Positions 30,925 to 39,080 of a DNA stretch of 52,340 nt are shown here, piece after piece. Below the pieces are notes generated by a model. The model worked only from the letters and a program-made list of their open reading frames with translations. It was not told the DNA's origin and searched no databases. Numbering within the stretch: position 1 is the first letter of the stretch; every line of letters starts with the position of its first letter. Source of the DNA: Candidatus Deferrimicrobiaceae bacterium (GTDB lineage Bacteria; Acidobacteriota; Terriglobia; Terriglobales; Acidobacteriaceae); NCBI GenBank assembly GCA_035654555.1, contig DASRWO010000288.1:1-52340 (forward strand), written 5' to 3'. The position numbers and the translations under genes are program-made.

Positions 30925-31248
30925 ATGATTATTCTCGTTACTATCGTCCATGTAATCGTCTGCCTGTTTCTGATCATTGTCGTGCTCCTGCAAAGCGGTA
31001 AGGCGGGGGACATCTCGGCGGCCTTTGGCGGCCAGGGCAGCCAGGCGGCGTTTGGTCCGCGCGGCGCGGCCACAGCTCTTTCCAAGGCCACTACCATTTC
31101 CGCCGTTGTCTTCATGTTGACCTCCGTGACCCTTTCTATCAACGCCATCAAACATGAAGGCCCTCGCTCCGTTTTACAGGGAGAAAAATCAGCTCCGGTC
31201 AAAACCCAGCCTGCCACGCCAACACCTGCCAATCCCACACAGAAATAA
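30925..31248 (+). CDS. secG: preprotein translocase subunit SecG
   Basis: MIILVTIVHVIVCLFLIIVVLLQSGKAGDISAAFGG...FGPRG plus a second TM helix. I place the start at ATG 30925. Confidence 0.85.
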   Translation: MIILVTIVHVIVCLFLIIVVLLQSGKAGDISAAFGGQGSQAAFGPRGAATALSKATTISAVVFMLTSVTLSINAIKHEGPRSVLQGEKSAPVKTQPATPTPANPTQK

Positions 31249-31376
31249 AATCAAATTACCGGCGATGTGCGGTCTCGCGGATACGATTTTAGGGGTTCTG
31301 CCGTAATTGTATTTCCAGTATGCGGGTGCTACCATCCGACTAGTAATGCGGCACTTATATAAGGGGGAGGGGTTCC

Positions 31377-31685
31377 ATGTCTGATAACGACGGCAGCAGC
31401 TTCGTATGGTTTTTAGCGGGTCTCGCTGTGGGCGGTTTGGTCGGAGTCCTTTATGCGCCGCGAGCGGGAAGTGAAACCCGCGAGGAGATAAAGGCCCGCG
31501 CAGAACAGGGACGCGAATACATGCGTACCAGAGCGCGCGAGGCCCGTGAGCAAGCTTCCGATTGGGTCGACAAAGGTCGCGATGTAGTGAGTCAGCAGAA
31601 GGATCAGTTCAAAGCCGCATATGAGGCTGGTCGACAGGCCTATCAGGAGGCGACGACAGAAACAGCCCCTCCGAAGGGCGTGTAG
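31377..31685 (+). CDS. YtxH domain protein
   Basis: GGGGGAGGGG SD. Reads FLAGLAVGGLVGVLYAPRAGSETREEI followed by a charged helical tail. Confidence 0.8.
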   Translation: MSDNDGSSFVWFLAGLAVGGLVGVLYAPRAGSETREEIKARAEQGREYMRTRAREAREQASDWVDKGRDVVSQQKDQFKAAYEAGRQAYQEATTETAPPKGV

Positions 31686-31724
31686 AAAGCGCTTTTAGTT
31701 TGGGCTCTCTCCCAGGAGCTTACT

Positions 31725-32333
31725 ATGATGGAAAATCTCGTTCCGATCTTCATTGCCGTGACTGCGGCCGCGGTGGTTTTACAGGCCGGGATACTCGTAG
31801 GCTTGTATGTCGCGGTTCGAAAAACCACTGCCAAACTCGAGAGTGAAGTAACGGAGTTGAAGGGCAAAACTCTCCCGATCATCAACTCGACGGATGCGAT
31901 GCTGATTGAGTTACGCCCCAAGGTAGACAAGATTGTTGACAACCTGGTGCAGTTGCATCCCAAAATTTTGCAGATTGTCGACGCACTCGTGGAATTGCGC
32001 CCCAAAGTAAACGTCGTTGTTGATAACTTAGCGGAGACGTCAGCGAATGTGCGTTCCGAAATCCAACGCGTCGATGCGACGGTGAGCGACGTTATGGATC
32101 GTGCTCGTTTACAAGTGATTCGCGCCGATGAGATGCTAACCCGCACCTTCGACCGCGTGGAGCATACGTCAGACGTAGTGGCTAAGACAGTGGTTTCACC
32201 CGTACGACAGGTTTCCGGTATCGTCCGCGGCGTGACTGCAGGCGTCGAGTTTTTCTTGGGAAATAGGGGTCGTAAGAATGGCGATAGTCGAAGCCAGCGG
32301 CAACCCGTGCCCCAGGACGAAATGTTCATCTGA
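31725..32333 (+). CDS. membrane-anchored helical-repeat protein (DUF948-like)
   Basis: One N-terminal TM helix, then repeated ELRPKVDKIVDNL / ELRPKVNVVVDNL units. Confidence 0.65.
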   Translation: MMENLVPIFIAVTAAAVVLQAGILVGLYVAVRKTTAKLESEVTELKGKTLPIINSTDAMLIELRPKVDKIVDNLVQLHPKILQIVDALVELRPKVNVVVDNLAETSANVRSEIQRVDATVSDVMDRARLQVIRADEMLTRTFDRVEHTSDVVAKTVVSPVRQVSGIVRGVTAGVEFFLGNRGRKNGDSRSQRQPVPQDEMFI

Positions 32334-32399
32334 CGAGGTTCCTCCGACGTGGCGGCCTGGTAGCCAAGCCCAGAGCTCAAGCCTCTTCGTGTCATTCCT

Positions 32400-32786
32400 A
32401 TGCGGTACCTGGTTCACGCCCGTATTAAATCCGGTTGCGCAGCGAATCTTCTCCATGCAATCAAAAGTGAAAAGCTTGGCCAAGGCTCGGTGGCCGAAGG
32501 CGAATACCTTCGTAATATGGGAGAAGCCCGTATCGCCGAGGATGGAACTGTTCGTTGGGTGGAAGTCTGCTATTGTCCCGCACCGCTACAGGAAGAGCGC
32601 TCTTACTGGGACGACTATTTCCATCTCACCAAGGTGCAGGACGCGCACGACCGCCGCAAATGTCGTGACCACAACGGGAACGAGCCCTGGGCATGCGGCG
32701 ACTGCGATTGCACCGCGCGCCTGGAACAGAAGCTGAAAGAGCGCGGCCAGCCGTTCCTGGATTCCCTCTGCTCGGACAAACAATAA
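32400..32786 (+). CDS. hypothetical Cys-rich protein (128 aa)
   Basis: The ORF looks like a globular protein. The C-terminal cluster is RRKCRDHNGNEPWACGDCDC. I cannot name a family. Confidence 0.55.
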   Translation: MRYLVHARIKSGCAANLLHAIKSEKLGQGSVAEGEYLRNMGEARIAEDGTVRWVEVCYCPAPLQEERSYWDDYFHLTKVQDAHDRRKCRDHNGNEPWACGDCDCTARLEQKLKERGQPFLDSLCSDKQ

Positions 32787-32797
32787 AAACCTGGGGT

Positions 32798-33478
32798 TCA
32801 GCGAATATCCACTTCGCGAAAACCAAAACCTTGCAACATCCCCGCGATTGTGGCTCGCGCATTATCAGCCGCTGTTTTGAGAATCCCGTCCTGTAGCGCA
32901 GCCTGCTGTAGCTGGCGTTCCGCTTCTTCGCGGACTTCGCTTTCGAGATTCGGGTCCGGAGACGAGAACAATCCGGTGTCGCGTGAATATACTCTAGTTC
33001 TGGCATTATCGATTCGCGTGCTGAACACTTCCGCCGCAGGCAAGTGAATCGACACACTCTGACCCTTTATCAGCACATCGCCCGGCCCCAGACTCGCCAG
33101 GTTGATTCCGCCCACGACCTCGCCGTGAACCACCAGCAGCAGCCGGTCACCCGCCATAAACTTGGGCAGGTAAGCGTTGGAGTGTTCGCCAGAAATAATT
33201 TTATCCATCGTGTAGCTCACCGTTTCCAGACGCTGAAGCTTCTGAATCTGGCGCACCACCGTTGGCTGATCCACGTTGAGACGAGTAGGCCCACTCCGCA
33301 AAATGCCCATCAGGCGAGCCATCCCGAGGCCGCTCGAGAACCACAGTGCACCTACCAGGATCAATGCAAGAACTGCGCCGATGAAAATGCCGAGCACCCA
33401 TGAAGATGTGTTCTTCGACGGGCCTGGAGTTCGGCTCAGTGTGGATTCTTCGGCAGATGCGGGATGGTCAATTGTCAT
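32798..33478 (-). CDS. DUF4230-like membrane-anchored protein
   Basis: N-terminal TM helix, then IQKLQRLETVSYTMDKII...INLASL, the pattern I associate with DUF4230. Confidence 0.6.
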   Translation of the reverse strand: MTIDHPASAEESTLSRTPGPSKNTSSWVLGIFIGAVLALILVGALWFSSGLGMARLMGILRSGPTRLNVDQPTVVRQIQKLQRLETVSYTMDKIISGEHSNAYLPKFMAGDRLLLVVHGEVVGGINLASLGPGDVLIKGQSVSIHLPAAEVFSTRIDNARTRVYSRDTGLFSSPDPNLESEVREEAERQLQQAALQDGILKTAADNARATIAGMLQGFGFREVDIR

Positions 33479-33514
33479 TTAACTTGTCCGCAAACGCAGG
33501 CATATCGAGTTGTC

Positions 33515-34627
33515 TTACGCGATCCAGGCTCCGCCCACAACAACGTCATCCTGATAGAACACCGCGGCCTGGCCTGGCGTGATGGCGCGCTGAGGCTCAT
33601 CGAAGGTCACTAAGACCTCATCGGTTCCGGTCTTCTCGAGCATGGCCGGTGCTGGTTCGTGTCGATGCCGAATTTTTACGGACACGCGCATAGACTCGCG
33701 AAGGTCATCGACCGCAATCAGGTTGGCTCGCCGCGCGCGCAGCGTCCGTGAATAAAGATGCTCGTTGCCGCCGACCACCACTCGTTTGTCGGCTCCGTTA
33801 ATCTGAATCACATAGAGCGGCGATCCCGTAGCCACACCCAACCCCTTGCGCTGGCCCACGGTGAAGTTGTGCACGCCGCTATGTTCGCCGATCACTTCCC
33901 CGCTTGTGGTCACCAGTTCGCCCGCCGTATCCGGCAAGCCCTCACCACGCTCCGCGAGATAAGCGTCGATGAAGCGCTTATAATCGCCGCCCGGCACAAA
34001 ACAAATCTCCTGCGAATCCGGCTTCTCTGCCAGGGCCAGACCGTGCCTGCGCGCAAGTTCGCGGACTTCGGCCTTAGTCATGTTGCCTAAAGGAAAATGC
34101 GTTCGACTCAATTGCTCTTGTGTCAGTCCAAAGAGGAAATACGTTTGATCCTTGCCGCGATCAGCCGGACGCTTAAGCAGCCAGCGTCCGCGGCTATCGT
34201 CATATTCAACGCGCGCATAATGACCGGTAGCCACATAACCGGCCCCGATCTGCTGCGCGACAACGAGCAACTGATCAAACTTCAAGTGGTTATTGCAGAG
34301 GCTGCAAGGAATCGGCGTGCGTCCCGATAAATATTCCGCGACAAAAGGACGCACCACATCGCGCTCGAAACGCTCTTCATGATTCACTACGTAATAAGGA
34401 ATGCCGATGTGCTCGGCCACGCGGCGAGCGTCATAAACATCATCGAGCGAGCAACATCGCCCGGTTACCTGTTCCGGCATGCCCTCGCGTCCAGCCATCC
34501 GCCGTTGGTTCCAGAGCTGCATGGTCAATCCGATGATGTTGTGTCCTTCGGCGCGCAGCATCGCCGCAACGGTGGAAGAATCCACACCGCCCGACATGGC
34601 TACGGCGATAGTTTGAGGACTGGTCAT
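33515..34627 (-). CDS. mnmA: tRNA 2-thiouridine(34) synthase
   Basis: PP-loop [12 protein letters not shown]. Colinear with MnmA, including catalytic Cys regions. The start ATG 34627 is 1 nt after the upstream stop. The ORF-track N-terminal extension to 34822 overlaps the previous gene. Confidence 0.93.
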   Translation of the reverse strand: MTSPQTIAVAMSGGVDSSTVAAMLRAEGHNIIGLTMQLWNQRRMAGREGMPEQVTGRCCSLDDVYDARRVAEHIGIPYYVVNHEERFERDVVRPFVAEYLSGRTPIPCSLCNNHLKFDQLLVVAQQIGAGYVATGHYARVEYDDSRGRWLLKRPADRGKDQTYFLFGLTQEQLSRTHFPLGNMTKAEVRELARRHGLALAEKPDSQEICFVPGGDYKRFIDAYLAERGEGLPDTAGELVTTSGEVIGEHSGVHNFTVGQRKGLGVATGSPLYVIQINGADKRVVVGGNEHLYSRTLRARRANLIAVDDLRESMRVSVKIRHRHEPAPAMLEKTGTDEVLVTFDEPQRAITPGQAAVFYQDDVVVGGAWIA

Positions 34628-34628
34628 G

Positions 34629-35798
34629 CTACGAATGAACCGCTTGCTTCTTATATGCCGGCGACAACTCTCGCAACCGCGCCACTGATTCCGGCACCAG
34701 CGCGAGCGCGAAATCGAGATCTTCCTCTGAATTTTGCTTCCCCAGACTGAAGCGGATACTGGCGCGAGCGCGGTCGCCGCGCAGCCCCATTGCCGTAAGC
34801 ACATGCGATGGTTCAATCGCACCCGACGAACACGCAGCCCCGGTAGAAACTGCCAGTCCCTTCAGATCGAGGGAAATAACCATCGCTTCGCCATCGATGT
34901 GATCGAAATAAATATTTGTCGTATTCGGAACGCGCGGCGCGCCTTCACCGTTCACACCAGCCTCCTCCACCTGAGAAATAATTCCCTGCTGCAGACGGTC
35001 ACGCAATGCGGACATTTGCTTACCGTCACCACGTTCGAAACCTTGCGTGGCCAGCTCCGCGGCCTTGCCCAGCGCGACAATTCCAGGCACATTCTCGGTC
35101 CCGGCACGGCGCGAACGCTCGTGCCGTCCCCCGTAAAACAGAGGCTGCAGATGTGTTCCTCTGCGCACGTAAAGTGCGCCCACTCCCTGCGGCGCGTGCA
35201 TCTTGTGGCCGGAGATCGAAAGCACATCGCAACCAATTTTCTTCACATCCATCGGAACTTTACCTGCGGCCTGAACCGCATCGGTATGAAAAAAGACGTC
35301 GGCCTCGGCGGCAATTTTTCCAATCTCCTCAACCGGCTGCACGACTCCGGTTTCGTTATTCGCCATCATGATCGTGATCAGCTTGGTATTGGGCCGCAAA
35401 GCGCGCCGGACGTCACCCGGATCGACCAGGCTCCGGCCATCCACCGGAAGATATGTGACCTCACATCCCATTTCCTCCAGATGTCTGCAGGCATGCAGCA
35501 CGGCATGGTGCTCAATAGCGGAGGTTATGATGTGATCGCCTTCGCCGGTCAATCCTGAAACTGCCAGGTTATCCCCCTCGGTTCCGCCGCTGGTGAACAC
35601 AATCTCCTGAGCCCTGCAACCCAGCAGCGCTGCCACCGAGTCGCGGGCGCGCTCGACCGCTGCACGGGTTTCCTGCCCATGATGGTGAATCGACGATGCA
35701 TTGCCAAAGTGCTCGCCAAAATACGGACGCATCGCCTCCAACACCTCCGGCAGAACCGGTGTAGTGGCGTTGTTGTCGAGATATATGCGCCGAATCAT
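34629..35798 (-). CDS. cysteine desulfurase (NifS/YrvO-like, class V aminotransferase)
   Basis: PLP-Lys motif [12 protein letters not shown] and active-site loop STGAACSSG. 389 aa. Confidence 0.92.
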   Translation of the reverse strand: MIRRIYLDNNATTPVLPEVLEAMRPYFGEHFGNASSIHHHGQETRAAVERARDSVAALLGCRAQEIVFTSGGTEGDNLAVSGLTGEGDHIITSAIEHHAVLHACRHLEEMGCEVTYLPVDGRSLVDPGDVRRALRPNTKLITIMMANNETGVVQPVEEIGKIAAEADVFFHTDAVQAAGKVPMDVKKIGCDVLSISGHKMHAPQGVGALYVRRGTHLQPLFYGGRHERSRRAGTENVPGIVALGKAAELATQGFERGDGKQMSALRDRLQQGIISQVEEAGVNGEGAPRVPNTTNIYFDHIDGEAMVISLDLKGLAVSTGAACSSGAIEPSHVLTAMGLRGDRARASIRFSLGKQNSEEDLDFALALVPESVARLRELSPAYKKQAVHS

Positions 35799-35860
35799 CC
35801 TTAAGCTATTCTACCTTCTTCTATTGGATGCCCGGCGGGAATCCTTCAGGCCAAAGGAAT

Positions 35861-35879
35861 GGCGCCCCGAAAGGGCGCC
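35861..35879 (-). terminator. hairpin terminator candidate after citrate synthase
   Basis: GGCGCCC-cgaaa-GGGCGCC lies 33 nt downstream of the stop. On the minus strand it is followed by ATTCCTTTGG. Confidence 0.45.
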
Positions 35880-35911
35880 CATTATATCGCTCGCGTCTCC
35901 GAATGATCGAT

Positions 35912-37072
35912 CTATCCGCGCTTCTCCATTGTTACGTAGTGATTGGGATAGTCCGGCCCCAGATATTCCGCCCGCGGACGAATCAGGCGATTATCGTCCA
36001 GTTGCTCGATTACGTGCGCCGTCCAGCCACTGATGCGCGAAACTGCAAACACGGGTGTAAACAAATCCTCATCGATGCCCAGCGTGTGGTAAGTGGACGC
36101 CGAATAAAAATCAACATTCGCGTTCAGCTTCTTTTCCGACTTGACGAATCGTTCGATTTTTTCCGACATGTCATACCACTGCGGCTGTCCGCTGGAACGG
36201 CCTAAATCACGCGACATGGCGCGAAGATGCGTGGCCCGGGGATCTTCTGTGTGATACACGCGATGACCAAAGCCGGGAATTTTTTTCTTTTGTGCCAGCA
36301 TGCTGCGCACGTAATCAACCGGGTCAGCCTTTTCTCGATCGATCGCGCTCAGAATACGAAAAACCGCTTCGTTGGCCCCTCCGTGCAGGGGTCCCTTCAG
36401 CGCACCGATGGCGGAAGTAATCGCCGAATGCATGTCAGACAAAGTAGCCGCGGTCACCCGCGCTGCGAAAGTGGAAGCGTTAAGCTCATGGTCGGCATGC
36501 AAGATGAGCGCAATATCCAGAGCGCGTTCCGCGGTTGCGGAAGGCTTGGTTCCGTTCAGTTGCAGCAGAAAATTAGCGGCATGCGAGATCAAGCGGTCCG
36601 CTTCAACCACCGGCTTACCTTTGCGAATCCGGTCATAGGCAGCCACGATCATTGCGATCTGCGAAGTCAACCGGATCGCTTTCCGAACGTTGGCATCGTG
36701 ATCGTTCTTCTTATCGTCCGTATCGTAAAATGCCAGCGCCGAAACCGCCGTGCGCAAAACGTCCATGGGCAGTGCGCTTCGTGGAACATCACGCAGAAAC
36801 TGGATGATCGCCGAATCAAGATGACGCTCTTGTGCCAGACGCTCCCGCAGTTCGCTCAGCTCCCCACGCTTTGGTAACCGGCCGAACCACAGCAGATAGC
36901 ACGTCTCTTCAAAGTTGGAGTGCTTAGCTAATTCATGAATGTCGATACCGCGATACGCAAGGACGCCGCGATTGCCGTCGATATAGCAAATGCTGGAATT
37001 GGTGGCAACAATGCCTTCCATTCCTTTTGTGGCGGGAGTGCTGGTAGCGGGAGTGCTGGTCACGCTGGACAT
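35912..37072 (-). CDS. gltA: citrate synthase (short, about 380-aa type)
   Basis: GPLHGGANE, GFGHRVY and the C-terminal R-containing motifs are present. Confidence 0.92.
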   Translation of the reverse strand: MSSVTSTPATSTPATKGMEGIVATNSSICYIDGNRGVLAYRGIDIHELAKHSNFEETCYLLWFGRLPKRGELSELRERLAQERHLDSAIIQFLRDVPRSALPMDVLRTAVSALAFYDTDDKKNDHDANVRKAIRLTSQIAMIVAAYDRIRKGKPVVEADRLISHAANFLLQLNGTKPSATAERALDIALILHADHELNASTFAARVTAATLSDMHSAITSAIGALKGPLHGGANEAVFRILSAIDREKADPVDYVRSMLAQKKKIPGFGHRVYHTEDPRATHLRAMSRDLGRSSGQPQWYDMSEKIERFVKSEKKLNANVDFYSASTYHTLGIDEDLFTPVFAVSRISGWTAHVIEQLDDNRLIRPRAEYLGPDYPNHYVTMEKRG

Positions 37073-37231
37073 AGATTCTCGCTCAGTGACATCAATAACG
37101 TTGCCGAGCCACGCCAGGGGACGGGGAAGCGCAACTTTCTTTTATACGCCTAGAGGCGTCTGCCTTCCAAGTGGAGGCAGCACTTCTGAAAGGTCTGCGA
37201 ATGGTCTGACCATATGACGTTTGCCACCTCG

Positions 37232-38074
37232 CTAGGCAGGCCAGATGCTGAGCGCCGTCTTGCTCAGGATCTGCTCGTGCAACTCGACCCTTAGCGGAAG
37301 CGCGCGGAATTCGTCCAAGTTTTTCTTGACGTCAGGCACGCCCGGCCCTGGCCAGTCCGTGCCGAATAAAGTCTTGTGAGCAATCTCTTCGACGCGGGGA
37401 AAATACTTCAGCAAAGTCTTGGGCGGTATGCCGCTGATGTCGAGATAGACATTAGGATGCCGACGCACGAGAAAGAATGCAGTCTGCATCCATAAAGGCC
37501 GCCCGCCATGGGCCAGCAGGATTTTCAGTTTCGGGAAATCGACGGCCACATCATCCACGTAGATGGGATCGCCATATTTGTTGCGCGCCCCTGGGAAAAT
37601 AGAGGTCCCCGTATGAAACATCACCGGGACACCATTGGCCTCAGCGGCCCGATAAATAATCTCGAGCTCCTTTACGCCGTTCAAATAATCATTCGGAAAC
37701 AGAAGCTGGTGCGGAGGATGAATCTTGATCATGCGAATTCCCAGCCGCAGGATCTGCTCCATATCAGCAAGAACATTCGTGGTGTGCCTCGGATGAAGGC
37801 TGCCGCACGAGAGCAGCCGTTTGGGATTTTCTTTGACGTAGTCCGCAATAAACTGATTTACGCCGTTCGTAAAGCCGATCACTTCAGGAGCCACATAATT
37901 GATCAACACGGCGCGGTCAATACCGCAGGCGTCCAGATAGCTGAGAAACTTCTTTGGGGAATGACAGAACTCGACAATCTGCTCGAAGTTCGGACGCTTC
38001 TTTTTCATCAGCTCCAGTGCGTGGGGCTTGAACATCTCCATCGGCTGGATGTGGATGTGGCAATCGGTGATCAT
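37232..38074 (-). CDS. amidohydrolase_2 family metal-dependent hydrolase/decarboxylase
   Basis: N-terminal DCHIHI (HxH), and later HGG and FGTDWP. I place the start at ATG 38074. Confidence 0.8.
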   Translation of the reverse strand: MITDCHIHIQPMEMFKPHALELMKKKRPNFEQIVEFCHSPKKFLSYLDACGIDRAVLINYVAPEVIGFTNGVNQFIADYVKENPKRLLSCGSLHPRHTTNVLADMEQILRLGIRMIKIHPPHQLLFPNDYLNGVKELEIIYRAAEANGVPVMFHTGTSIFPGARNKYGDPIYVDDVAVDFPKLKILLAHGGRPLWMQTAFFLVRRHPNVYLDISGIPPKTLLKYFPRVEEIAHKTLFGTDWPGPGVPDVKKNLDEFRALPLRVELHEQILSKTALSIWPA

Positions 38075-38096
38075 TCGTTCAGGCTCACCTGTTTGT

Positions 38097-39080
38097 TCAA
38101 TTGCTGGCCGCAGCCAGCACCGCACGCTTTGTGAATACCCGGATCATTTCTCGCCGGTACTCCGGGGTTAGCGCTGAAGTTGTTAGAGGCTTGGCGGTGC
38201 GCGCCGCTACTTCGCCAACAGCATCGGCCAAAGCTTCATCCACAGCTTTGCCGATTAACATTTCGCTCGCCCGCTGTACCAGCAGAGGCGCAGGATTCAC
38301 CGCCGTGATCGCCAGCCGCGCATCCGCAACTTGCCCATTCGATCGCTTCATCACGACTGCAACCCCGGCCAAAGGATAATCGATCGATCCCCGCACCCGC
38401 AGTTTGCGATAAACTCCGCGATAATCGGCCGAGTCAGCTGGCAGGAAAACGCGTGTGACTAATTCTGAGGACAACAGCCTGCGGTAGTTTTCTCCGTCTC
38501 CGGTGTAGAACTCTTGCAACGGAAGCCGCCGCGGGCCGTCTATCCCGACAATCTCAATTTCCGCGTTGAGGCAGAGCAACGCGGGCGGCGTGTCGCCGCA
38601 GAATGCCGCCCAGCACTTTGTACCACCCGGAGCGACGTGGCAGAGATCGCCGTCCTTCTTGATGCAAAACCCGCATCCCTTTCGCCAGGTGAGCGACTGG
38701 TTGTACCAAAGGCAGCGGGTATCGAGACAAATGTTTCCACCGACCGTTCCCATATTGCGCAGCACCGGCGAAGCCACCGTCGCCACAGCTTCGGTGAGCA
38801 CCGGAAAATGCTGGCGTAAATAGGTCGATTTCTCAATCGCGCTGAGCGTAGTTAGCGCGCCAATTTCCACTCCACCATCGGCTTGTGGTCGGACTCCACG
38901 CAACTCAGCATTGCCGCGCAGATCGAGTACATACTCCGGCTCAAACAATTTCTGCCGCATCGACGGAATTAAATCAGTTCCCCCCGCAAGCACGCGAACA
39001 TTGCCCGAATATCTTGCGAGATTCGTAACTGCCTCATCGACTGAGCGCGGCCGAAGCAATCGGAATTGCGGAAGGCTCAA
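38097..39080 (-). CDS. FAD-binding subunit of xanthine dehydrogenase family enzyme, with extra 4-Cys loop (HcrB-like)
   Basis: TTG start overlaps the upstream stop (TTGA). Reads LAGGTDLIP, GTVGGNI, then the insert CLDTRCLWYNQSLTWRKGCGFCIKKDGDLCHVAPGGTKCWAAFCGD. Confidence 0.85.
   Translation of the reverse strand: MSLPQFRLLRPRSVDEAVTNLARYSGNVRVLAGGTDLIPSMRQKLFEPEYVLDLRGNAELRGVRPQADGGVEIGALTTLSAIEKSTYLRQHFPVLTEAVATVASPVLRNMGTVGGNICLDTRCLWYNQSLTWRKGCGFCIKKDGDLCHVAPGGTKCWAAFCGDTPPALLCLNAEIEIVGIDGPRRLPLQEFYTGDGENYRRLLSSELVTRVFLPADSADYRGVYRKLRVRGSIDYPLAGVAVVMKRSNGQVADARLAITAVNPAPLLVQRASEMLIGKAVDEALADAVGEVAARTAKPLTTSALTPEYRREMIRVFTKRAVLAAASN

Noticed and set aside
34628-34822. N-terminal extension of mnmA by 65 aa, as given in the ORF track
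   Set aside because: The extension overlaps the 3' end of the cysteine desulfurase gene and is Arg/Cys/Trp-rich. The canonical MnmA N-terminus ([18 protein letters not shown]) starts at ATG 34627.
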